64,000 nt of DNA from Eledone cirrhosa (Eukaryota), in contig OZ024740.1 of assembly GCA_964016885.1 (NCBI GenBank), positions 425,444,001-425,508,000 of the forward strand. The letters are read 5' to 3'. Below the pieces are notes generated by a model. The model had not been told where the DNA came from. It ran no database searches and saw only the letters and a program-made list of their open reading frames with translations. A program made the position numbers and the translations under genes. Positions 34,859 to 47,300 of the stretch are shown here, in pieces. The stretch's first letter is position 1. Every line of letters starts with the position of its first letter.

Positions 34859-37800
34859 TACAGCCGCATGAACAGAGTAGGCCCACTCACACGGGCCATT
34901 CTCGCCACATTCAACCACCATTCAGCAAATGTACTGAGGGGCAGCACTTCTCTCTACACCCTCACCTTCCTTTCCAAGTGAAACTTGAAAAAGTTGATGA
35001 GGGATTGGCCGAAGAGAAAGTGTCTGTCTTCAGTCCTTTCAACCTCGTCAACGATACAACCTCTGTCGCTACAGCCACCAGACAGAGGAAAATCGCCTGC
35101 CCTTCCTGGCCTAAAGAAGGCGGCGGGTCGATCTTCACTATGGACTCGGCCGATAGCCGGATCCGTTCTACACGCGACAACAGCTGTTCAACATAACTCC
35201 ACAAGTCAGTAATGCACGGACACTGGACGAGTGCGTGCAGAGAGGTTTCGTCGCACTGCGCGTATCTCGGGCAGGTCCGTCTGACAGCACTTGCGTGCCT
35301 GTAGAGTTTATCTCGAACCGGCAAGCCCCCCCCCCCCCGGTAGCACTGCCAGGCGAGGGATTTTTGGAAATTATCCATCGTCCCTGGCTCGAAAGTCCTC
35401 TAGTACAGACTGGTTAGTTCGAATTCGTTGACTCCCAGAGCTTCTCCGAGTGCATCGTCGCACTTGCCCACCACTAATCCTCGATAGAACTCGATAGTGG
35501 AAGTTCCACTGACCGCATTGCCTGCCTGGTAGATCGCAGTGAGTGCCTGGCAGCATTCCAGATGCCAATCACCCAGTCTCGGTCTTTTCTTGACCCAGGA
35601 CTGCAGCTCAGTCAAAGAAACGAGTTGCGGAAAGGCCCGTCTGACAAACGGCGACCACACCTATTCACCGTTTAGGCAGAATATCTGGAGATGCCGCAGC
35701 CTCAGCACGTGCCTGCGCATCATTAGCCACGGCATGCCCAGCCCTCCACGTAGAGGGTGCTGGCAGCAGATGGACCGCCTCACCAGCGGAACCTGACCCC
35801 TCCACAAGAATTTGAACAGGAGCCGCTCCATGATGACGAGGCGCGAACGAGGGCAAGGGACGACGGTCAGACGGTAGTAGATGACGGACGCGATGTACGC
35901 GTTCGCCACCTCCGCCCGACCTTTCAGTGATAGCTTCATCCCAGCACATTTCTGGGTGAGACTGGCTACCCTGCCCGTCACCTCGTCCCAATTATTATCC
36001 ACCTGGAGGTCTGGCCCGAACCAAACCCCTATTAACTTTACCGGTCCGTCCGTCCAGCGCCTAACGACGCTATTGGACGGCATGGCCTTGCCTCTCCAGG
36101 TGCCGAGTTGCAAGCCCACCGACTTTTCCGGGTTAAGTTTTGCTTCCGTCAACCTTTCATATTCCTCCAATAAGTTGCCGACCACGTCGATTTCTGAGGT
36201 GTCCGACACCATCACGGTGATGTCGTCCGCAGAAGCCGACACAGCCTTTCCGCATCCCGGGTCGAGCGGGATGCCCTGCAACAGCTCCAGCTTCCGCAGT
36301 AAAGGCTCGAGAGTCAATACGTACAGAAGGTAGGAGAGAGGGCACCCTTGACGGACCGATCGGGAGACCTGAAACGGTTCCGAGAGGTGGCCATTAATTT
36401 TGACCATCGAGCAGGTGCAGCTATGCATTGCAGCGATCCAGCTTCTGAAGACGGGGCCGAAGCCAGCCGCCTCGAGGACAGCCTCCAAGTACCGATGGTC
36501 GACCCTATCGAATGCTTTCGATTGATCTAAATTGATCAGAGCACCACCGTAGCCAGGTTTTCACCATACCCTCTCTATGATGTATCGCATTAGGTGGAGG
36601 TTGTCGTGTATGGACCTGGTTGGGATTGCGCAAGTTTGCGCCTCCCCAACCAAATCCCCGACGACAAGCGCCAACCTCTTCGCTGACACCATGGCCAAAA
36701 TCTTAAACTCTGTGTTGAGCAGAGTTATGGGCCTGAAATTGTCTAATGAATCCCTCTTGTTCTCGTCTTTCCTTATCAGCGTCACTACGCCCCAGCTGAC
36801 AGAACTGGGAATACTCCCGTTTTGCTGCCAGTTGCAGTAGAGGGCTTCGAGGAGATTGGAGAACAAGTCTGGCATATTTACGTAAAGCTCGTAGGGCAGA
36901 CCATCCAAACCGGGTGACTTGCGCCTCATGCAGCCGACAAGGGCATCCTGAATGTCGGCTGAAGTAATTGGCCTTTCGCAGCGCCCAGCGTCAGCCGTCG
37001 AGAGTTGCGGCAAGCCATCGAGGTAGGGACTGAAGTCCGCCACCATCTCTGACCCGCCACTTCCCCCGAACAACCGAGCCAAATGTTGGCGAAAGGCCTG
37101 ACACATCCTCTTGGAATCGCTCAGCTCGTGCCCGTTTCGGTCCGTCAAAGACCGAATCGTGGTTTTATTACCACGCTGCGCCTCTGCTACGCGGGCCCAT
37201 CGAACAGCTTTGGTTCCCTCGATTCTCAGAGCACGCGCCTTAGCTCTGACAATGCAACCTTAGTGTTTCGCATTGAAGAAATGGTCTAATGCCATTCTCG
37301 GCGCTAACACGTCAGTTGCAATGCCACTACCAATAGCCTCGTCTAACTGATCTACCAACTCCCCCTCCTTTCTATTTTTCTCTAACGCTACCTCTTTGCT
37401 AAACTCTATCGACATTACTCTAATCTCTCTTTTGAGAGCCCCCCACCATCTATTGTTGACGACTCCCCCTGTCAACGTTTTCTTAACTATATTGTTGACC
37501 TGGTCCCTGTAACCCTTACGTGCCGGAAATGACATGTTTAGCTTCCAGTAACCAGGTCCTAACCTACGCGTCTTATCTAGGTCGACCATACTGATCACAA
37601 AGATCTGAATAGGCGACCGTTTCAAAACGTGGACAGCTTACACTATTTCTGTCTATTTTCCTAATGAATATCCTGTCTATATACGATCTAGATGACCCTA
37701 TGCGGTTAGCCCAGGTCCACACTGGCGCATTAGGGAAATTTAGTCGGTACCTGTCAGACAGTTGTAACTGGCTGATCAGGTTCTTGAGGCTTTTGCACCC

Positions 37801-38137
37801 CCCGCTCCTATCGGATACTCCCACACAGTCCCAGCGTGCGTCTAAGATGCCGTTCCAGTCCCCCGCTAACAGTAAAGGGCGAGACGTACCCAGAAAGGCT
37901 TCCAGGCTTCTAAAGAAGTCCGGCCGTCCTGCCCCAGTAGGAGCATAGACGGCCACCAGATGCAAAGATCTGATATTCGTCGAAAATGGGGGCTAGTGCG
38001 CGCGTGTCGGAAATCCTGGTCTCGCTGTCGGCAATTACATCTATTTCTATAGACCTGAGGTCGTTGAGCAGGTGACCCTGCTTCCAGGATGATCCCAGGC
38101 CTCGAACATTTAAACATCCTACTCTTAATACGGCCAT
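34859..38137 (-). pseudogene. C' ORF2 (APE-RT-Cys motif); disrupted
   Basis: MAVLRVGCLNVRGL; RT motif reads SADD instead of YADD; ~145-bp deletion in the APE domain. Confidence 0.9.
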
Positions 38138-38169
38138 GTTGGCAGGTTAAAAAGAGAGAGAGGAAGGTT

Positions 38170-39302
38170 TACTTACCTTCCAGGCTCTTGTGAAGGTCGG
38201 GTTGTTTGACCTCCATAGTTGGTGGCGTTTCTTTTGGGAACCCCTTTAAAAGTCTTGAAGTGGGTTTTACGTTCGGGGTCCCACGTCCCGAGGAAAGCTG
38301 TCTCGTATTTCTTGGAATATATCGAGCGACATTCGCACCAGAACCAAATCTTCCGGCACGCGAAATGTGCTCGATTTAAAAATTTCCCCCTTTTTTTGTA
38401 TATTTTCACTTCGTGCTACGAGGGCCATCAGTTCCTTGCTGGCCCTCCTGACGAGCACGAAGTTTTGTATGTTTTTTTGGTGTGATTTTATTTGTTTGCG
38501 TGGATGTGTTGGTGATGGTTTTGGTGGTGTTGTTTCGGTTGTATCTGTGTTTGTTGTGAGTGTGGTGTCTGTGGTTTCAGATGTTTGTGTGTATATTTGT
38601 TCTTGCGTCTGTTTAGGTTGTTTGCGTTTGGGGGATTCTGGTGTTGGTGATGGTGATGGTGGTGTTGATGTTGGTGTTATTGGAGAGATGTTTGCGTGGG
38701 TGGTGTCTGAGTTTTTTATTGTGGGTGATTTTGTGGTTTGTTGAGTTTTTTTTTTCTTTTTGTGTTTCCTCTTTTGGGATTTTGGGGGATTTTGGTTTTC
38801 CCTCATCTTCACTACTGGTAGATGAGGGATCTGTGTCTGTAAGTGTGTCTGTATGTATGTTTATGGTTTTATTGGTGTGTGTATTTTGGGGTGGACGGGG
38901 AATTTGACAGCTTTCCTCGTTTCCCCACTGGGTGGTCAATGTTGGTGGTGGTCTTTCTATTGGTGTTGTTGTTGGTGGTTTTGCCGGTGCTGGTGTTGGT
39001 TGTGGTCCTCGCCCCGGCGTCGGCAGCAGTGGAGCCTTTCGACCCCTTGCATCTTTCAGCAGTTGAGGGCAGAATGGTCGCAAATGGGTTTTTTCCCCAC
39101 AAACAAAACACTGCGGCCTTTTGCCTTCGGTCATATTGTGAATGACCGTCCCATTCTGAAGGCGGATGTGGTCCGGGATTGTCTTCACTTTCTCGGGTCT
39201 GATCTGGAGAAATATGTTTTAATTTCGCTGTAGCGCTCTTCTCAACTTCTACGTCGATGTCGCACGACAGCCGACATATTGCTGGGGGGCGTGGCTCAGC
39301 GA
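38170..39302 (-). pseudogene. C' ORF1 with a ~870-bp internal deletion
   Basis: Sequence jumps from the equivalent of C ~21757 to C ~22618; retains CFVCGEKTHLRPFC. Confidence 0.8.
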
Positions 39303-39537
39303 TGTTTTTTTTTCTTCGTAAATTTTTTAACGTAAAAAATATTTCAAATATTTGGGCCAAAAGGCCCAAATATTATACTTTCCCCTTCACGGGGCAAAGT
39401 CAAAGGGCCTTATATCCCTTACACAACAAGAAATATTTAACAACAAATAATTTTAACAGGCAAATAAAGCGACTTACTGTGAGCGAGCAAAATACGTCTG
39501 ATTAGACCAATAATAATAATAATAATAATAATAATAA

Positions 39538-39835
39538 ACCGATACCAGGACTTAAAGTGGGAGGTAAAAAGGAATTGGAACTGCCATAAAGTCAAAGTCG
39601 TCCCGATTGTCATAGGCGCACTAGGTACTATCTCAAAGAGTTTCCAAGGATGGTTAAAGAAGATTAGTCCAGTCCCGCTTTTTGGAACACTTCAAAAGGC
39701 ATGCTTGCTGGGAACAGCAAGAACCCTCCGATACGTCCTGAATATCTGAGGCTGCAGGTAGCGGCTTTATATTCAACAAACTTAACTTTCCAGTTAAATA
39801 ACATCAATGACTGAGACTCAAAGAACAATAATAAT
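39538..39835 (+). mobile_element. 5'-truncated R4/Dong-like non-LTR element (end of restriction-like endonuclease domain plus 3'UTR)
   Basis: 39540-39749 reads RYQDLKWEVKRNWNCHKVKVVPIVIGALG...LQKACLLGTARTLRYVLNI*, a typical R4-clade C-terminus; flanked by (TAA)n. Confidence 0.85.
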
Positions 39836-40309
39836 GTTAATTATTATCATAATTATCCTGATAATAAACATTGGTATTATAGTTGTTGATGAGGTAGTTA
39901 TGTTTGTTGTTGTTGTTGCTACTATTTCGAATGAAATTTTAATTCGTAAGCCATGGTCGTATCTTATGCTCTTGTTGCCAAAGTAGCAGTCACGAATGCA
40001 AATCTATTTTCTGCTATCTAATATTACATAATGAAGAATTTCGAAAACTGTAATTGATACTTGAATTAATAGAAAGGCGCGATTAATATCTCTTTTACTC
40101 TGAAACATATTAAATATTCAATTAGACACGCTGCAACTTTATAAAGAAAAGAGACAACGAGTGGGAGTTGATCTTGCAAAACGAAACCAAAAGAATAAAA
40201 TAGATTAAAACTAAAGAAAAATAAATTAATGAATGGCTTGAAATGAAAAACAGCCATTTTGATTTGGTCAGTGTCGACTAGAAACCTACACCAATATGGA
40301 ATGTGAGCC

Positions 40310-40990
40310 AATAACAATGATGATGACGATGATGGTGATGATGATGATGGTGGTGGTGGTGGTTGTGGTGGTGTTGGTGGTGGTGGTGGTGGTGTTGGCG
40401 GTTGTGGTGGTGGTGGTGGTGGTGGTGGTGGTGGTGGTGGTGGTGGTGATGGTGGTGGTTGTGGTGGTGATGGTGATGGTGATGACGATGATGATGGTGG
40501 TGGTGGTGGTGGTGGTGGTGGTGGTGGTGGTGGTGGTGGTGGTGGTGGTGGTGGTGGTGGTGGTGGTGGTGGTGGTGGTGATGATGATGGTGGTGATGAT
40601 GATGATGATGATGATGGTGATGGTGGTGATGATGGTGAGGAGGGGGAGGAGGAGGAGGAGGAGGAGGAGGAGGAAGAAGAAGTGTATGTTTATGATTATG
40701 ACAATAATAATGTCGATGTTTACGATGACTGGGAAAGTTGTGGAAGACTGACGAAGGGTTGTTAGTGGGGAAATAAGGGTAAAGACGAGAGTGGTAGTGG
40801 GGGGGGGGGAGTAGGGGCTGAAGGAGGAGTGGGAATGGGAGTGGGAGCCGGGAGATGAGAAGAAGAAGAAGAAGAAGAAGAAGAAGAAGAAGAAGAAGAA
40901 GAAGAAGAAGAAGAAGAAGAAGAAGAAGAAGAAGAAGAAGAAGAAGAAGAAGAAGAAGAAGAAGAAGAAGAAGAAGAAGAAGAAGAAGAA
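40310..40990. repeat. Compound trinucleotide microsatellites (TGG/TGA)n, (AGG)n, (AAG)n
   Basis: Direct reading. Confidence 0.96.
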
Positions 40991-41509
40991 GGGTGAGAAA
41001 GTAAACAAGACAGAAGAAAGAAGGGAAGGAAAAATGAAAGAAGGGATTAAAAGAAAGAAATATTAAAGGAAAGCGAGAAAGAAAGAAAGATGGACTGAAG
41101 GAAAGAAAGAAAAGATACGATGCAGAAGAATCGAGATAAGGGAAGAAGAGAGTAAAGAGGGAGAGAAAGCGGAGGAAGGAAGGAGCAAGAAAATGGAATG
41201 AAAGAGTGAGAAGAGTTTGCCAATGTGTTAAGCAGAATCCGTAGAAGCTGGTAACTAAATAATGTCTCCTCTGCCGAGAAGAAATATTGATTATGTCTGC
41301 TAATAATTAATGCTATCTCCACATAATTTTCCTTCTTCTTAGCTTGAACATCTTTTGTAGTAATAACACGAAATATTGTCTGATTATATGAACCGCCATT
41401 GCTGGTAAATATTCTGATACACACCACTGCAGATGTACGGTATTTCTATCACATGGGTGTATATATATGTAACGGGCGTAAACTGGAGTGAGTGTATACA
41501 TACAACTTA

Positions 41510-43045
<1,536 letters not shown>

Positions 43046-43344
43046 CAAATCCTACTGTCTCAACAACACATCAAATCTACGTTAGAAAAATGATGCGAAT
43101 TTGTAGTTGTCTTCTTCGTCTAGTTTGAAGGTTTTGATGGAAAGCAGTGGCGCATTACCAAAGAGAGAGAATCTGGCGGAAGACTGATGAATTTCCTTCC
43201 AAAGAGGAGACATTTTTTCGAAGTGTCGGGTTGGGTGATGTTAAGACATAAAATCTATAAAATGGAACAAAAAAAAAAAAAAAATGGTGAAACGTTTCTC
43301 TATTCCTCCATTATCGTGAAATTCTCCTTTTCAATAGCGACTGC

Positions 43345-44337
43345 ATTTGGAATACACCACCTAAAATCGGATGTAGAAAGAGTATACCTACCACGTACAC
43401 AGAGAGAAAGGGGTCTTATGTAACAACAAAACTATAATGAAATAACCACTGTAGGATTATAAAAATATCTAATTAAGATTAATGGAATGTAATACCAATA
43501 ACCACGAAACATGAACAACACAAAAGATTGTTTTCTGTCGTCAAGGAAACCAACAAATTCCAAACACAAGCTGAATTAACAGATAATTATGAAGAAAATC
43601 AAAACAGAGAACAAGAGCAACAGAAACTGCGAAGAAGATAAAACTGATCTCTAGGATGCTATTCTAAAAAGATGACTAGAAAACCTCCACACATGGCCAA
43701 TACATGAACAAAATAACCTAACTAGGGAGGAAGTGGAGAAACAAACGTCATGAAATTAGTTAAGAATCATTGGATTAAAAGCTGAGGTTGAAGGAATTCT
43801 AATTGTAGCAGAAAATGAACGCCTCCCTTACAAAAATACAATGTGGCAAACAACAGTGTCTACATTGTCTCTGGTTACCTAGTATTAACAAGAAAGAATA
43901 TATACATAAACATGATAAATTTGTGATTTAAATACACGGGAAGTTATGCCAACACTACGATATACCAACAGACAAATGGTGGTAAATACTTACACCATAC
44001 ACGCAAGATCAAAGCCAACCGACCAGATATTGTAGTCAAAGACAACAAAGAACAAATGTCTTCTATTTGATAGATCAATCCCCACAGATGACAATAAATC
44101 TATGAAGGAAATGGAGATAGAAATAAACCGAATATGGATGAAGAAAGCAGAAACAGTTCTTATGATAATAAATGCGCGAGCAATGATTAAAAAACACACA
44201 GACAGACATAGATAAACCCCAGGACGTACAGGTATAGACAAAATACAAACAACATTATTACGCGACACTGCACATATGTTACGAAGAGTAATCTCAATAC
44301 AGTAGTAATGACAACACAAAACAACAACACCACACAT
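43345..44337 (+). mobile_element. Degraded R4/Dong-like non-LTR retrotransposon 3' part
   Basis: HHLKSDVERVYLPR...RGLM; KPPHGQY; LKAEVEG; IKANRPDIVVKD (PD motif of the RLE); ends TAHMLRRVISIQ* at 44305. Confidence 0.82.
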
Positions 44338-47300
44338 ACCCAAGGTGCTGCGAGAAGTACCAGGTAACACAGTGACCACTGACACCCAAGGTACAGCGAG
44401 AAGTACCAGGTAACACAGTGACCACTGACACCCAAGGTACACTGAGAAGTACCAGGTAACACAGTGACCACTGACACCCAAGGTACAGCGAGAAGTACCA
44501 GGTAACACAGTGACCACTGACACCCAAGGTACACTGAGAAGTACCAGGTAACACAGTGACCACTGACACCCAAGGTACACTGAGAAGTACCAGGTAACAC
44601 AGTAACCACTGACAACCAAGGTACACTGAGAAGTACCAGGTAACACAGTGACCACTGACACCCAATGTACATTGAGAAGTACCAGGTAACACAGTAACCA
44701 CTGACAACCAAGGTACACTGAGAAGTACCAGGTAACACAATGACCACTGACACCCAAGGTACACTGAGAAGTACCAGGTAACACAGTAACCACTGACAAC
44801 CAAGGTACACTGAGAAGTACCAGGTAACACAGTGACCACTGACACCCAATGTACATTGAGAAGTACCAGGTAACACAGTGACCACTGACACCCGAGGTAC
44901 ACTGAGAAGTACCAGGTAACACAGTGACCACTGACACCCAGGGTACAGTGAGAAGTACCAGGTAACACAGTGACCACTGACACCCAAGGTACAATGAGAA
45001 AAACCAGGTAACACAGTGACCACTGACACCCAAGGTACACTGAGAAGTACCAGGTAACACAGTGACCACTGACACCCAAGGTACACTGAGAAGTACCAGG
45101 TAACACAGTGACCACTGACAACCAAGTTACATTGAGAAGTACCAGGTAACAGAGTGACCACTGACACCCAAGGTACACTGAGAAGTACCAGGTAACACAG
45201 TGACCTCTGACACCCAAGGTACACTGAGAAGTACCAGGTAACACAGTGACCACTGACAACCAAGGTACACTGAGAAGTACCAGGTAACACAGTGACCACT
45301 GACACCCAAGGTACACTGAGAAGTACCAGGTAACACAGTGACCTCTGACACCCAAGGTACACTGAGAAGTACCAGGTAACACAGTGACCACTGACAACCA
45401 AGGTACACTGAGAAGTACCAGGTAACACAGTGACCACTGACAACCAAGGTACACTGAGAAGTACCAGGTAACACAGTGACCACTGACACCCAAGGTACAC
45501 TGAGAAGTACCAGGTAACACAGTGACCACTGACACCCAAGGTACAGAGAGAAGTACCAGGTAACACAGTGACCACTGACACCCAAGGTACACTGAGAAGT
45601 ACCAGGTAACACAGTGACCACTGACACCCAAGATACATTGAGAAGTACCAGGTAACACAGTGACCACTGACACCCAAGATACACTGAGAAGTACCAGGTA
45701 ACACAGTGACCACTGACACCCAAGGTACACTGAGAAGTACCAGGTAACACAGTGACCACTGACACCCAAGATACATTGAGAAGTACCAGGTAACACAGTG
45801 ACCACTGACACCCAAGGTACACTGAGAAGTACCAGGTAACACAGTGACCACTGACACCCAAGGTACACTGAGAAGTACCAGGTAACACAGTGACCACTGA
45901 CACCCAATGTACATTGAGAAGTACCAGGTAACACAGTGACCACTGACACCTAGGGTACACTGAGAAGTACCAGGTAACACAGTGACCACTGACACCCAAT
46001 GTACATTGAGAAGTACCAGGTAACACAGTGACCACTGACACCCGAGGTACACTGAGAAGTACCAGGTAACACAGTGACCACTGACACCCAAGGTACACTG
46101 AGAAGTACCAGGTAACACAGTGACCACTGACACCCAAGGTACACTGAGAAGTACCAGGTAACACAGTGACCACTGACACCCAGGGTACAGTGAGAAGTTC
46201 CAGGTAACACAGTGACCACTGACACCCAATGTACATTGAGAAGTACCAGGTAACACAGTGACCACTGACACCTAGGGTACACTGAGAAGTACCAGGTAAC
46301 ACAGTGACCACTGACACCCAAGGTACACTGAGAAGTACCAGGTAACACAGTGACCACTGACACCCAAGGTACACTGAGAAGTACCAGGTAACACAGTGAC
46401 CACTGACACCCAAGGTACAGGGAGAAGTACCAGGTAACACAGTGACCACTGACAACCAAGGTACACTCAGAAGTACCAGGTAACACAGTGACCACCGACA
46501 CCCAAGGTACACTGAGAAGTACCAGGTAACACAGTGACCTCTGACACCCAAGGTACAATGAGAAAAACCAGGTAACACAGTAACCACTGACAACCAAGGT
46601 ACAGTGAGAAGTACCAGGTAACACAGTGACCACTGACACCCAGGGTACAGTGAGAAGTACCAGGTAACACAGTGACCACTGACAACCAAGGTACAGTGAG
46701 AAGTACCAGGTAACACAGTAACCACTGACAACCAAGGTACAGTGAGAAGTACCAGGTAACACAGTGACCACTGACAACCAACGTACAGCGAGTAGTACCA
46801 GGTAACAGAGTGACCACTGACAACCAAGGTACACTGAGAAGTACCAGGTAACACACTGACCACTGACACCCAAGGTACACTGAGAAATACCAGGTAACTC
46901 AGTGACCACTGACACCCAAGGTACACTCAGAAGTACCAGGTAACACAGTGACCACTGACACCCAAAGTACACTGAGAAGTACCAGGTAACAGAGTGACCA
47001 CTGACACCCAAGGTACAGCGAGTAGTACAAGGTAACACAGTGACCACTGAGACCCAAGGTACACTGAGAAGTACCAGGTAACACAGTGACCACTGACACC
47101 CAAGGTACACTGAGAAGTACCAGGTAACACAGTGACTACTGACACCCAAGGTACACTGAGAAGTACCAGGTAACACAGTAACCACTGACAACCAAGGTAC
47201 AGTGAGAAGTACCAGGTAACACAGTGACCACTGACAACCAAGGTACACTGAGAAGTACCAGGTAACACAGTGACCACTGACAACCAAGGTACACTGAGAG

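Larger units (their letters stand above)
34594..39508 (-). mobile_element. Tx1-like element C' (family C copy with internal deletions)
   Basis: Near-identical to 21465-27301 including the 5'UTR; (ATT)n on both sides. Confidence 0.93.

Noticed and set aside
16550-39508. Single giant palindrome or inverted segmental duplication
   Set aside because: The order is B,C then B',C' rather than mirror order, the B/B' 5' halves differ, and the flanks are unrelated.
44966-45005. RSS-like CACAGTG heptamer in each monomer, with AGAAAAACC 24 nt downstream in rare variants
   Set aside because: The nonamer-like sequence occurs in only a few units with non-canonical spacing, and no RAG/Transib sequence is visible; likely chance.
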